From the NCBI RefSeq assembly GCF_006345805.1, contig NC_043002.1:44268001-44332000 (forward strand): a DNA stretch of 64,000 bases, given 5' to 3'. This DNA comes from Octopus sinensis (Eukaryota). A program made the translations under genes and the position numbers. A model generated the notes under the pieces. It ran no database searches. It was not told the origin of the DNA and was given only the letters and a program-made list of their open reading frames with translations. Below, in pieces: positions 1-13,380 of the stretch (within the stretch, counting starts at the first letter, position 1; each line of letters starts with the position of its first letter).

Positions 1-682
1 TATTTGAAGATTTTCATCCATAATCCCAATAATTACAGCATGAAATATCCAGTAATTTAATTTAAGCCCAATGAAGTATTTGCTTTATTAATTATTACTC
101 TCTTATTACATAAACTAATCCTTTACGGATTTTATATTTCAATATATTCTTATATGGATTTCCCCTTATAGTGTCTATAACTTCTTTCGTCCACAAATTT
201 AACCTGAATCCAATTATAGATTGGCTTTCTTCAATTTGACTTTAACGTTATATCATTTGTATTTTTAGTTTTCCCTTTATTATTGATATTTCTCCCAGCT
301 ACTAATTTATTAAAGCGTTTTATGTCTTCCCATTTCGATAACACTTCCAGGAAACTCTGATCATATTTTAAAACAAGTATAGATTGAATCTGTTCTACAG
401 ACCATTTACAAGTTGTAGACAATAACGGATGGTTTGCAATATAAAGGTACATTTGCTAGGACACAACAACCTCCTAAGCAGACCGAGTGCAAATATGAGC
501 AGCATATGGGAACTGGTATTATGGAAAGATAGGAAAATATTAGATTTATAAGCCCTAAAATTCACTCTATAATTACCCACGGGCATATGACGTAGTGGTT
601 AAGAGCACGGGCTACTAACCACAAGATAATAACAACGAAAAATACCTTAGGAGTAAGAACTCAGGTTCGAAATTTCCCCCAA

Positions 683-728
683 GACACCTAAAGAAGACTG
701 GAGGATATATCAACCGAAACGTTGTGTT
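683..728 (+). ncRNA. Degenerate minimal hammerhead ribozyme motif (Penelope-type)
   Basis: gacac-CTAAAGA-agactg(gaggatatat)caacc-GAAAC-GTT-gtgtt. Stem I pairs and stem III is the palindrome AACGTT, but the core differs from CTGANGA, so it is probably inactive. Confidence 0.5.
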
Positions 729-922
729 AACAACAAAGAATGTAAATAATGTACATAATTCTTCATCTCTTAAATATAGAACTGTAGAAATATTACTGTT
801 TCTAAATCACTCAAAGAGAGATATTCAGTACAAGCTCGTTAAAGTAAAGGCTGTCCTGAAAGGGATGATTTTACTGTTGTTTAGCCCCAGCAAACACCGT
901 TTCTAGCTGTTTATACGATACA

Positions 923-1017
923 ATATCTATGTCCTTATATTTTCCGGTCCAAAGATGTTGTTTTGCACTGGATGGGAGTGCTGAGCTCCCTGTTCGAAAA
1001 TATAAGGACACAGATAT
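923..1017. mobile_element. Tiny MITE-like inverted repeat
   Basis: 22-bp arms atatctatgtccttatattttc / gaaaatataaggacacagatat, one mismatch. Confidence 0.5.
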
Positions 1018-2529
1018 ATTTTAATTAATCTTAAATGATAGAGCTCAATATGAGGAATTTCATGATATGAGTCTCATGCAATGAGTTTTACAAGCAAAAA
1101 GTTGAGTATTTGTTTCTCAAATTTGTAGGTGATACTATAGTTCTATAATTTTTATATGAATATAGTTCTATAAGGGGAGTTTTATTATACGTCACCGGCA
1201 TCATTGAGGTGAGGAAAAAATTATCAACGACACCGCTATTTGCAATTAGTCACTTGACTTAATGCAATCATACCTTAAAAATAAAAACATTAAAACATTA
1301 TTGAGAAACTTATTAAATTTATTATTCAATTTTCAATAAGGTAAAATCTTAAATTATTAATTGACACATTATTAATTAGTATAACAGCATAACTTTGAAA
1401 AAAACATGGAATACATGGAAAAATGCGAGCAAGAAAAATAATATTGTTACGATTATAAGCCTAGGTAGATTTTGCTGTAATATATAACTAATTTTTGTAT
1501 TATTCTATTTATTGTACTTAGTAATTATGTACTACTACTATTTTTATAACCTATTTTCAAATTTCTAATTATTAATTAATAAAGAATTTTTTTAAAGTGC
1601 AAAAAATATTTTAGTTGAGTTATATTTTATCTTTAATAGAATTAACATGTAATAACAGACAGAAGTAATAACTTGTAATAAAAGTTTTAGTTTTAATTAA
1701 AGCTAGTATTTTTCTAAATCTAAATATTTTTTGCTTTTGAAATTTTAATCTTAGCCGCAATATTTTAAGTTCAAATTTTCTTGTTGCAAGTGAAATGAAC
1801 TGCCATTACTAGATGGTAACTAACACACGCTGAGGATGGGTAACCAGCCATTAACTCGAGTCTGTGTGTGTCTCTTAAGGCTAGAGATGGGAGCGATGAC
1901 CTTCCCTCACAAATACTAATCGGACACAGAATGTGTGTCGTTAGCCAGCCGGAGGAGATATTTTCCTGGGGCTATAAACATCAGTCGCACTGCCCTGTAT
2001 AGGACACCATACTTAGTTGGCAAATATATGTTACGGTTCAGTACTGCTACTGTTTATATCTCGCTCAGAGATTTAATATAACATTCTCTCTCTTCTGTAT
2101 ATATATATATATATTATTGTGAATTTAGAGAGATATATTATGCGGACAGATACCGTGGTAGCTTTCAGTTATGCTGCAGTTTACGGCTAAACGCGCTGAT
2201 TAGAAATTAACGTCTATGAGTACTATTGGCTGTCACTCACTCTGTAAACTTATCGGACTGGTAATTCCGTGATCGCTTCACTAGATGATAATATTATCTG
2301 AAGTGTATATTAGCAATAATTATAACGATCGAGAATATGAAAACTGGTGCATACTCAGTATTTATTTTCTTTTACTTTACAATTTCATACCGCATACTTA
2401 TATGGTTATAATGACCTACACGTGTTTTCACTGCACAAAGTATGGGAAATTGCACATGGAAGCGGGCATAATTTTCTATGCATCTTCGCTCAGGCATTTT
2501 CGTCTAGCTAGGCTCGAAGCGAACTGAAT

Positions 2530-3960
2530 ACAGTTAGTTGTTTGTTGGTTAGGATTCTGGGGGAAATGAGGGAGGCTTTTTAATGTGAAATCTGATCTGT
2601 TTGTAAGCTTGTGTGGTTAATCCCGGTTTCATGCCAGTTACTGGACGAAGTCAGGATTCTATCTAATTAGGTCGAAGTTTATGTTACTATCTGGTTTGGC
2701 CGGTATTGTAGTAGACAGGCACTTAATAACCTTACTTTCAAGAAGGGCTCTTGTAATATTTTACGGTGGTTCAGTTCTATTTAAGGACCTTACTTACCCA
2801 GATATTTTCGTGGATATGACATTTATGACGGGTTGTAGAAAGGAGAAAAACTATATACCAGGTTAGTTAAGAAAAGGCCATGCATTTGGGGAGTTGAGGG
2901 CATATGCTTCTACCCTTCCTTTCTCATCCATCTGTGGATGGGATATTGAGTTTACTAGAACGTGTGTTAAATTTCTTAAAGGGTTTGGTATGTTTATGTA
3001 AGCCTCTCGGTGCCTGTTTCAGCCAGCTATTAAGTAACTTGTGTCTGGATGTAAAGATTTGATACATTTCTCTTATACATAGTTCATATCTATTTCTTCC
3101 GACACTCAAAAGCAATGTTCAGTCAAGACATCGAGTCATATAGAAAGTAAATATGTCTGGAAGGATGCAAAGACTTCATGCACCTTGGCACCAACATCAG
3201 TTGTGATTGAGATGAGGAGGAAGTTAACATCAGAATTGGTAAAGCTAATAGTAATTTCTCAAATTAAGAAGAATCTTGAAAACTCACATTAATATAACGA
3301 TCAAAATCTAGTTGTCAAACACCGTTCTCATTAACCTTCCCTAACGTAGTGAGTTCTGGGTTTTAACTGAGAGGAAATTGAACATCTTACAGCAAAGATG
3401 CTAGCGTCATATACGCAATATTTCTTTCTGAGATTGTTTCATCAGCCTCGAACTGCTAGGAATATCAAGGTCCTCTTGCACCAAGTCAGGTTGTGACCCG
3501 AAACAGGGTGAAATGGATTGGACATGTGATCAGAAACGATACTCCTGACTTCTGCACCACTGTTTTCGATAAACTCCGCTGGAGTCCAGGAAGAGAGGGC
3601 ATCCGAAGAAGAAATGGCTAAAAGAATGGTTACGTGAGTGATTGGAAAAACTGAGATAAAGCTCGAAACCAAGCACTGAAGGAGATACCAGGAAGGGCAT
3701 GGTAGCCCATTTTGTCTGAAGTATATTCTTACTGAACCAAATGGTTTTACTTCAAAGAAATCTTGATTTATGACTCTGGCACTTAAATTGTCTATCTATT
3801 TTGCCCTATCCATAAAGGATACACTCTGGTTTCTCTTAGATTTGTTAAACTAGTCTATAAATTAAAACCACCCGACCTCCTAGTAAATCTAAATAACATA
3901 AATAATCAGTGATAAGCAGTGTGATGTTGTTGATAAAACATGTTCTTGGTCTACCTACTT
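2530..3960 (-). mobile_element. Degenerate retroelement-like sequence, unclassified (possibly a LINE ORF1 region)
   Basis: Coding-like composition with broken minus-strand frames (FFEVKPFGSVRIYF, SWTPAEFIENSGAEVR, PRCMKSLHPSRH) loosely resembling gag-like ORF1s. No decisive motif. Confidence 0.3.
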
Positions 3961-4240
3961 ATCCTCTTGGTGATTTTGGATAAAAAGAAAATTATACAAA
4001 TGAGTCCTTCGAATTTTACTAAATTCTATATTTTTACGCAGCTGAAGTTTGCTCTACATTTTAAATTAATATAATATTTGCATTGTTCAATTAAATGGAG
4101 TCGCATGAAACGATCGTACTGCATTACCTCCGGATATCCTTGTTGCTTATTTGATTATAATCACCCCATTTTGAATTATATGGATAATACCATACTAAAT
4201 TCTGGTGCCTTTAACTTTAGTGCCATATTCATCTGAATCT

Positions 4241-4490
<250 letters not shown>

Positions 4491-5939
4491 TATATGAGAG
4501 AATCATTTGAGAAAATGTAAATAAGTTAGCGACATAATGAACAGTACTTAGTTTAAAATTAGTTAATTATGTAATTATGAAATTTGTCATTCAAATTGTC
4601 AGTCCCATAGACTCAAATGAGAAGCTCCATATGCATTTTAGAAATGCTATTTAATAACTGGAACTTGGCGATGAAAGAAAGACGTTGCTGTCAAACACCA
4701 ATTTCTAGAGTAAGATTGTGCATCTGTTGGTGTCTCATAGCTTTTCTTATTACTTTAACAGAAAAGTTCCGGTTTCCTGTTTTCAATTGGATAATGATGA
4801 ATGAATGCAAGTTCTTATTTTCCTTATTGACATAATAAATCAACCTGGTGCTCAACAGTATAGATAAGGTACTTTTTGCGCTTAGTCCGACTATTTGCAG
4901 TTTTAGAATAAAGTAAATGTTCTAAAAGATATATATTATTTAGAAACTTCATTCATACATCCAATCGCTATAGGAGTGAAAATAACTTCCTAATATTGAA
5001 ACAAAAGAATACAAACTGAAAGAAGAAAAAGATAAATCGTAAGGGCGGTTAGATAATTTCCTAGCTAGGTTGATGTATTGCAGAAACTGAGGCTATGTAC
5101 TAGGTTTCTTGTAAATACATTCATGGATGGGTGTAGTCGGTGATGGTTGTCCTATTCTTTGCCTTCTAGCTACTCAATCATCCTCAATGTATATTGACAC
5201 ACGGAGTTATAGGAAGAGCTGGATTGAATATGTTACACAAATCCCAGTCTGAGTCCAAAATTAAAATATCCTGAATTGCAAAAAAATAGAGCGACAAAAT
5301 TTTTCAACACAACTTATTGCTGTGAATCCCGTATTCTTCAACAAAGTTCGTGAAATCGAGGCATCGCGTAATTATTAGAAATATATCATGCTTGAATAAA
5401 TTGGTTTAGTATCAAGCCTGCATGTTCATCGACTCTCAACCAAGGCTAATGCCCTACCCCCAAATTTGAGGTTTTATGCCTAAAATAAAGAGAATTATTA
5501 TTATACTGCATGTTTTACCTACAAACACATGGATATCATAAGCAGGCTTTCATTTTTACCATTTTATTTTTGTTTAATTTTTCATTTTTCATTATATATA
5601 GCAGTATAATTTTGTTTTGCTGAAAGGCAAATTCCGATATTGAATATAGGCGTCCCAACTCAGTATAGTTAAACTGATAAACACTCAAAGGTTTTTAAAA
5701 TATTTCCTATATATATGTGTACTTCGTACTTAATGAAACTAATACAATTAAACATTTTTAAAATAAACATCAATGAATGAATATTATGGCATTTAAAAAT
5801 ATTCAAATGAAATTCTAACAACAAGATGTGAAATGTACAAATAAAACTGGGTTTTCCAGTTTTGTTCATGTGCTGCAGCTCTCACACACATGGAGTGTAT
5901 TAAATGTGGCTCTCCCCTAATTCAATAAATATGTATTAT

Positions 5940-6337
5940 GTATACGTATATATAGATACAGACAGACAGACAGACAGATAGATGGATAGATGGATAGATA
6001 GGTAGATAAATGGATAAATAGATGGATAACTGGATAAATAGTTAGATATATAGATAAATAAATAGATAGATAGATAGATAACTGGATAAATAGACAGATA
6101 TATAGATAAATAAATAAATACATACATACATACATACATACATATACAAATGGATAGGTAGATGAATGGATAGATAGATAAGTAGATTGATAGTTTGATA
6201 GATTGATAGGTAGGTAGATAGGTAGATAGATAGATAACTGGATAGACTGACACACAGATAAAGAGATAGACAGAAAGAGATACAGGCAGATAGATAAATG
6301 GACAGATAAATAGATAAATGAATAGACAGACGGACAA

Positions 6338-6432
<95 letters not shown>
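5940..6432. repeat. Degenerate-to-perfect (TAGA)n array
   Basis: Direct inspection; perfect units from about 6340 to 6432. Confidence 0.95.
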
Positions 6433-7580
6433 TGTTTCTTTATTAGCCACACAGGGCTGCACACAGACGGGACAGATTACAAAATAGAGCTTTTCTTTTT
6501 CTGGGGGGCGGGGAAATGTGGGGTAGTTTTTCGATCAAAAGGGATCGTAAAAGGGAAAGAAAAGAAAAAAGAAAAAAGCCACAAAAGAAAAAAGAAAAAA
6601 ACGATCAATAGGGATCGTGTATCACAGTGTCATGATGTAAGATGTAAAGGGGGAAGCAGATAAGGTTCATCCGTGGGACGAAAAGCCTACGGAAAAGACC
6701 ACGGTAACCTCAGTCAATATTGTTACATGTTACCACATTTGTTTGCAAGTAGGTAACCCTCTGTTTTAAATTTCGGGTTCATAGGATTATGCTCAAGGTG
6801 GCTTCGTCATTCATACGTGCCATCCTTGCTACATTCACCCATCTTTTTGTAAAACATTCGCTAGACAAAACTTGCCTCTCTACTCTCACCTTCCTTTTGA
6901 AGTGATACTTGAAGAAGTTGATGAGAGATTGACCAGAGAGGAAAGTGTTTGTCCCCAATCCTTTTAGACGCGTCCACCAGATACATTCTTTCGCCATAGC
7001 CACAATGATGATGAAAATAGTTCTTCCTTCCCGTTTGAAGGAAGGAGGCGTGACAATATTGACGATAGACTCGGCTGATAAACCGACTCGTCCCACACGT
7101 GACAGCAGTTGATCGACATAAGCTCACAGGTCGGAAGTTGTTGGACACTGTACGAGTGCGTGCAGAACGGTTTCGTCGCTCTGACCGCATCTCGGGCAGG
7201 TCGGCCCCGTGTTTCTCGAGCCGTGTCTGTAGAGCTTATCCCGAACGGGTAGCGCTTCTCGGTAGCACTGCCAGGGATCTCTGGAAGTTGTCCATGGGCC
7301 CTGGCCCAAAAGTTGTCCTGAACAGGCGGGTCAGGTATTCCTCGTCGACGTCCAGGTTTGCCCCGAGCTCGTCATCGTACCTCCCCTCCACTAATCCCCT
7401 ATAGAATGCTTTGGTTGTGTTGAAGTCACTCAAGGTCGACCCGGGACGGCAGAGTTGCTTGAGAGCAACGCGACACTCGCGGTGCCATTCGCCCTTCCTC
7501 GGCCTCTTTTTGATCCACGACTGCAGTTCGGTCATGGAGACAAGTTGCGGGAATGCGTGCCTCACAAACGGCGACCACTA
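6433..7580 (-). mobile_element. Tx1/L1-clade non-LTR retrotransposon, 5'-truncated (ORF2 C-terminus plus 3' UTR)
   Basis: Minus-strand frames WQCYREALPVRDKL...TCPRCGQSDETVLHALVQC (CCHC knuckle) and AKECIWWTRLKG...FTKRWVNVARM. The 3' UTR ends aataaagaaaca followed by (TCTA)n. Confidence 0.88.
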
Positions 7581-7581
7581 T

Positions 7582-7668
<87 letters not shown>

Positions 7669-7670
7669 TG
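7581..7670. repeat. (TAGA)n array at the Tx1 5' junction
   Basis: Direct inspection; same orientation as 6340-6432. Confidence 0.95.
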
Positions 7671-9017
7671 TATGTACGTACATACACACATAGACACACA
7701 AACACCCACATATACACACACAAATACATATATATGTGTGTGTTGGTGTTATTGTTAACGTCAGAATTGTTAACGTCACATTGGAGGCCATTAGATGACA
7801 CAAAATCTGCTAAAATAATATGTCGTTTATTTCTTCAAATATCGAAATTTTGCTGCACATATATATTCTAGTTTCTGAGTAAATTATATATGTATGACAT
7901 ATTCTATTGCGACGTAGTGTAATTGTATCTGTGACAAAAACTTTTAATATTACCGTTTTTATATACTTTGATATGGCTATATTTACTCTTCTATCAAGTA
8001 ATTGCCGTTTTAGACCAAGCTTCTGGCGAAGCATCTATAACGCCAAAAGATATAATTTTATAACGATAAAAGATTAAAGTTTCCACAATAAATTTCAATT
8101 CCTCCAAACTAAACGTAATTAACTCCGTGTTGTTGTACGTGAGTAAAGAAGTAAAAAGGTGAGAAAAAAGTGAGATAACAAAGTTGAAAGAAATTCGCTT
8201 AAGAAATTCAGCTGTGTATGTTTAATACCGTTGGACGAAGGTTAAATTTTAATTAGTGTGTCTTTCAAGATCAAGGCTAATAACCTTTCACTTACATTCA
8301 TTCTACTCAGGTTAAAATACGTCATTATTTCTATTCTGCCACCTATAAATCTGTGCAGCAGTTTTTAATACACACCATATGCAAATAATATTATTATCTG
8401 TTAAAAATCTAATCCCTTATATTTTTCTTAATCGCTGCATTTAACCTTACAATTTTTATTCCAGAGGTTGAACACATTTCTAACAATCGAACCCACATTT
8501 TTATTACACAAACATGTGTCAAGCGTCTGTTTGTAATTAAATTATACATTAATCATAAATCTGCAATTAACAGCAATGGTAAGATTCGAACTCGTCTCAA
8601 TTGCTTGATCTACCAAAGAATAATGTTAGCTTGTCTGCAATGTACTTTCTCATCATATTCCTTAAACTCACTGTGATTAATTATGATGGTAAAAGCATTG
8701 TGATTAATTATGATGGTAAAAGCATTGCAAATACTAATACCACCTTTCCAAAAGGAACCCACTAACACTCTAACGCTTCTATCTTATTCTCTCCACTGTC
8801 GATCAGGATGTTAGCTACAGTCTTTGTTCATTCATGCTTTCCACGCACTTCTATTCTTCAGGCCTATACTCCCAAATAAGTAAATACACAAACCTTCTTC
8901 GTTTCACGCTTAACTTTCAGTTGTCTTAATCACACAGTTTTTTTCTTTTTCGTAGTTTCCTATTTTAACTCACGATGGTGGTGAAACACAGATATGTGCA
9001 TAACCATAAATAAATTG

Positions 9018-9052
<35 letters not shown>

Positions 9053-9064
9053 TATTATATATAT

Positions 9065-10021
9065 ACTAGCAGTATCGCCCGGCGTTGCCCGGGTTTGTAA
9101 GGGAAATAACTATATAAGCATATTTAGAGATGTAAAGTATAATAGCCATCTCAATATGTGGGGGGTGTTACTGTAGCTTTTTACGTTCTGAGATTTAATA
9201 ATAAATTTTTAGAGAGTTACTTCCCTATATATGCCAAAAATGCATTAAAAATGAGAAAAATTGATGGTATTTTTTTTTAATCGTAGACTCATCGTAGTCG
9301 CGCGCTAATACCCAGAAGAGCTCGATATGAATCATGACTATAAGATACCCGGTTTTGGTTAAACTGCACCGCAAAATGTGGGAGTAGTTAGGAATCTAAA
9401 TCGTAGGAGACAGACAGCACACAACCTCTCTTTTATATATAAAAATATATATATTTGTAAAAAAGAAGTTTGAAAACGCCACTATATTATATCAATTTTA
9501 ATTTTCTTATGAATTTTACATGTTTCGGTTCTTGAAAAAACGAACCTTATCAAACTTCTTTTTTACAAATATATACCCACTCGTACACGATCTACTCTTA
9601 TTATAAATATATATATATATATATATATAAATACTAGCAGTATCGCCCGGTGTTGCTCAGGTTTGTAAGGGAAATAACTATATAAGCATTTTTAGAGAGT
9701 TACTTCCCTTATATAATAGCAAAAAAATGCATTAAAAATGGAAAAAAATTATGCTAAATTTTTTTTTTAAATCGTAGACTCATCGTAGACATTTTTAGAG
9801 AGTTATTTCCCTTATATAATAGCACAAAAATGCATTAAAAATGGAAAAAAAATGATGGTAATTTTTTTTTTAAATCGTAACTCATCGTAGACGCGCGCTA
9901 ATACCCAGATGGGTTCGATATGAATCACGACTCTATGATACCCGCTTTTGGTTAAACTGCACGCAAAATGTGGGAGTAGTTAGGAATCTAAATCGTAGGA
10001 GACAGACACCACACAACCTCA

Positions 10022-10030
<9 letters not shown>
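9065..10030 (+). mobile_element. Two nearby non-autonomous Helitron/Helentron-like elements (about 9065-9442 and 9633-10030)
   Basis: Both start ACTAGCAGTATCGCCCGG(C/T)GTTGC(C/T)C(G/A)GG with a small hairpin, end ...acaacctc(t/a)cttttatata, and sit in TA tracts. The second has an internal duplication. Family assignment is inferred from terminal structure. Confidence 0.55.
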
Positions 10031-10056
<26 letters not shown>

Positions 10057-10182
10057 TTCATGAAGGACATGGACGTAGGTCCAGTGAAAATTATACCCTA
10101 ACTGTGGATGACATCAGGGAGCCCAAACAGTGAATGTTTTTTTCGGTATACTAAGACACATATGCCATATATATATAGGCAG

Positions 10183-10565
10183 GGAAGCACTCCGTCGGTT
10201 ACGACGACGAGGGTTCCGGTTGATCCGAATCAACGGAACAGCCTTCTCGTGAAATTAACGTGTAAGTGGCTGAGCACACCACAGACAGGTGTACCCCTTA
10301 ACGTAGTTCTCGGGGATATTCAGCGTGACACAGAGAGTGACAAGGCCGGCCCTTTGAAATACAGGTACAACAGAAACAGGAAGTAAGAGTGAGAGAAAGT
10401 TGTGGTGAAAGAGTACAGTAGGGATGACCGCCAGCCCCTGCCGGAGCCTCGTGGAGCTTTAGGTGTTTTCGCTCAATAAACACTCACAACGCCCGGTCTG
10501 GGAATCGAAACCGCAATCCTATGACCGCGAGCCCGCTGCCCTAACCACTGGGCCATTGCACCTCC
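10183..10565 (-). mobile_element. tRNA-derived SINE, near full length
   Basis: Minus-strand head ggaggtgcaatggcccagtggttagggcagcggg...ggtttcgattccc (A/B boxes). Same family as 17316-17505. Confidence 0.85.
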
Positions 10566-10566
10566 A

Positions 10567-10715
10567 TAGGCAGGAGTGGCTGTGTGGTAAGAAGCTTGCA
10601 TCCCAACTACATGGTTCAGGGTTCAGTCCCACTGCGTGGCAACTTGAGCCAGTATCTTCTACTGTAGCATCGGGCCAACTAAAACCTTGTGAGTGGATCT
10701 GTAGACGGAAACTGA
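10567..10715 (+). mobile_element. tRNA-derived SINE head (second family), 3'-truncated
   Basis: aggagtggctgtgtggtaag...gggttcagtcccactgcgtggc. Sits head-to-head with the previous SINE. Confidence 0.8.
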
Positions 10716-10827
10716 GTATGTGTGTATGTATGTATGTGTGTATGTATGTATGATGTATGTATGTATGTATGTATGTATGTATTATGAATTTGTGTGTCTG
10801 TATACGTATACATATGTATATATGTGT

Positions 10828-11885
10828 ATAGGACGTCATCAACCGTAAACAACATGAAATACGTAAACAAATGAGTTAAATGCGCAAACAACGAGAGAAA
10901 CAAATGGAAAGCAGGACAAGTAACATAAAGAAAGAGCCTTCGTCAGTTAGCGGCTGTCTATCTACTCCTCATCTCGAGAATTAAACGACAATATGAGTCT
11001 CCGAAGACAGTTGCTCCTATAAGTACCAAAATAAAATTTGAGATTTACGGAGGATCAAATTTGGGAACAAAAACAGGGCAGTAGAGAAATACAAGGAAAC
11101 CAAACGAAAATAAACATGGAGGGTCGTTAGAGCAGAACAAAGGTAAAATAGCGAACACTGGAGATATATCATGTTTGACAAGAGAAAAGATAGAAGAGAG
11201 AGCCAGGATACGTACACTACTTAGGAGAGTCCTGAAAGCAAATAAAGATGATCACGAGAAGAAAAGAAAGATGGACGATGGTCACGTGTGAGCAGGAAGA
11301 GAGAGAAAAGAAGAAGGGGAGAGAAAAACAGATAGAAAACGGTGAGGGGAAAGGGAATTAGAGAAAGGATGAGAGAGAAAACGGCTTCTCTCTCTCCTCT
11401 CATTTTCTCTCTTGTTGCTCACACGTGACCATCGTCCATCTATCTTTTCCTCAAGTGATCATCTTTCTTTTTTTTCAGGACTGTCCTTAGAACTGGAGAG
11501 ATCCTATCTCTCCCTTCTATCTTTTCTCTTGTCAAAGAAAATATTTCTCCAGCGTTCGCTACTTTACCCTCGTTCCAGCCTGACAACGCTCCATGTTTGT
11601 TTTCTTTCGGTTTCCTTGTATATCTCCACTGTCCTGTTTTTGTTCCCAACTTTGACCCTCCATAAATCCCAAATCTTATTTTGGTACTTATGGGAGCAAC
11701 TGTCTTCGAAGACGAGCATTGTCGTTCAATGCTAGGAATGAGGAGTAGATAGACAGCCGCTAATAGATAAAGGGTCGTTTTTTTATGTTATTTGTCCTGC
11801 TTTCCATTTGTTTCTCTCGTTGTTTGCGTATTGAACTCATTTTTTTTCGCATTTTCTGTTTGCTTACTTTTGGGGACGTCCTGTA
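10828..11885. repeat. Long imperfect inverted repeat (about 470-bp arms), resembling Penelope-type terminal repeats
   Basis: 10828-11295 is the reverse complement of 11410-11885 with substitutions, e.g. gatggacgatggtcacgtgtgagca / tgctcacacgtgaccatcgtccatc. Confidence 0.8.
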
Positions 11886-12246
11886 CCCATATATGCATGT
11901 GTATATATATATATGTGTGTGTGTGTGTGTATGTATGTATTTCTGTGTGTGTCTGTGTCTGTTTCTCCTTCTCTGTATATGCATACAACTCTACATAGCA
12001 AAAGTGTTATATCTTGCTTGTTTCTTCACTAGAGTTTCAGGAGTTACTTATCAATCTTCGGTGGAAAGAATTTGGGATAACCTTCACTTTTAATTCATAT
12101 TAACGTGTATACGCTGTTTCCAACGAATCGGAGTACGCCTATGATTTTGCCACGTGGATTTATCTATATCTTGAAGGGATCTGGCGATCTGTATATATAT
12201 GTATTCATCTCTTATACCACACTCTCATACACACACACACCCACAT

Positions 12247-12333
<87 letters not shown>

Positions 12334-12986
12334 TGTGTTTATATATATATATATAAGTAAATAGATAGGCTCTCTTTCTTTCCTGATGAGAAGATTCCAT
12401 TTTACATCGTTTATTCCTTTGGAATAAAACCAATGCTGTCTTCGAAATATTTGTCGAAAGTAATTGAATTTTAACAACATCTGCGTTCAACTCCATTTAT
12501 TTACTTATACAACACAAATTACTGCACGTTAACCCGGAGTTTCTACCTTTGAATAGGTCGCTTCATAAGTGTTACTTGCGTGAATTTTGCTACCCTGGTA
12601 ACTGTTTATTGAATTTTCCATGTTAACGGTAAACAAAGGATAATTCATTCATTCATTTACATATATATATATATACCAGGGGATTCTTTCAGTTTCCGCC
12701 TACCAAATGTACTCACAAGGCTTTGGTCGAACCGAGGCTATAGTAGAAGACACTTGCCCAAGGTGCTACGTAGTGGGCCTGAACCCGTCATTATGGGGTT
12801 GGAAAGAACAAATCACTATCTTAGAAGTCAGCCTTTCGAGTATTGACGTACACCTAGAGTTCGCTAGTAAATTCCTATAGAACCTTTGAGAAAACCTAAA
12901 AACTGATCTTGAAACTTGAAAACTACATTTGGCATTTAACTTTTATAGATGTATTCCATTTACATGGATTACCTTATAAATTGCAG

Positions 12987-13173
12987 GTCAATTACTTTGA
13001 CAGAGATATAGAAAACGCACCGACCTACTTCCAGTCATTCTTTGGTCAAATGTCTTCTGCGATGATTATTGGTTTAAAGCCAAATGGTTACTATTGGATG
13101 ACAGTGCAAGTGTTCAATACAGCAGGACTTAGCGATCTGAGCGAGAAGTATTTGGGTAAAACAGGAAGTGATC
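12987..13173 (+). CDS. CNTN: Contactin-like gene, internal exon (C-terminal half of penultimate FN3 domain)
   Basis: Acceptor ttataaattgcag|GTC, donor GATC|gtaagt; 187 nt, phase 0 to 1. Encodes VNYFDRDIENAPTYFQSFFGQMSSAMIIGLKPNGYYWMTVQVFNTAGLSDLSEKYLGKTGSD, with the FN3 pattern GLKP..Y...VQVFN.AG. The upstream exon was not found and probably lies before the window. Confidence 0.9.
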
Positions 13174-13380
13174 GTAAGTATTTTTATAATTTATATTCAT
13201 GTATAATACATATTTATAATTCACAAATACATTATTCGTTCAAATTAGTTCTGGCAGAACAGTTTTGGACTGAAGAAATTACACTTGTTGAATTATGTGC
13301 AAATATATTTAAAATCTGGGCCAAAGGTTTTATATTTGGGATTAAATGCTGTTGATAATGTTAGTTTTCTAATAATGTTA

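Noticed and set aside
1790-2340. Possible solo LTR (TATA-like gctataaa, moderate GC)
   Set aside because: No second LTR, no clear TG...CA termini, TSD or convincing primer-binding site.
4762-4868. Acceptor ttactttaacag resembling that of exon 25824, tested as the missing upstream FN3 exon
   Set aside because: Stops in all frames and no FN3 motif.
10183-10715. tRNA genes suggested by A/B-box-like heads (also 17316, 20357, 40397, 44465)
   Set aside because: They continue into SINE bodies and lack a full cloverleaf.
12909-13355. 148-aa ORF taken as one coding unit
   Set aside because: Only 12987-13173 is FN3-like and bounded by splice sites. The upstream AG at 12947-12948 would shift the frame by 38 nt and hit a stop.
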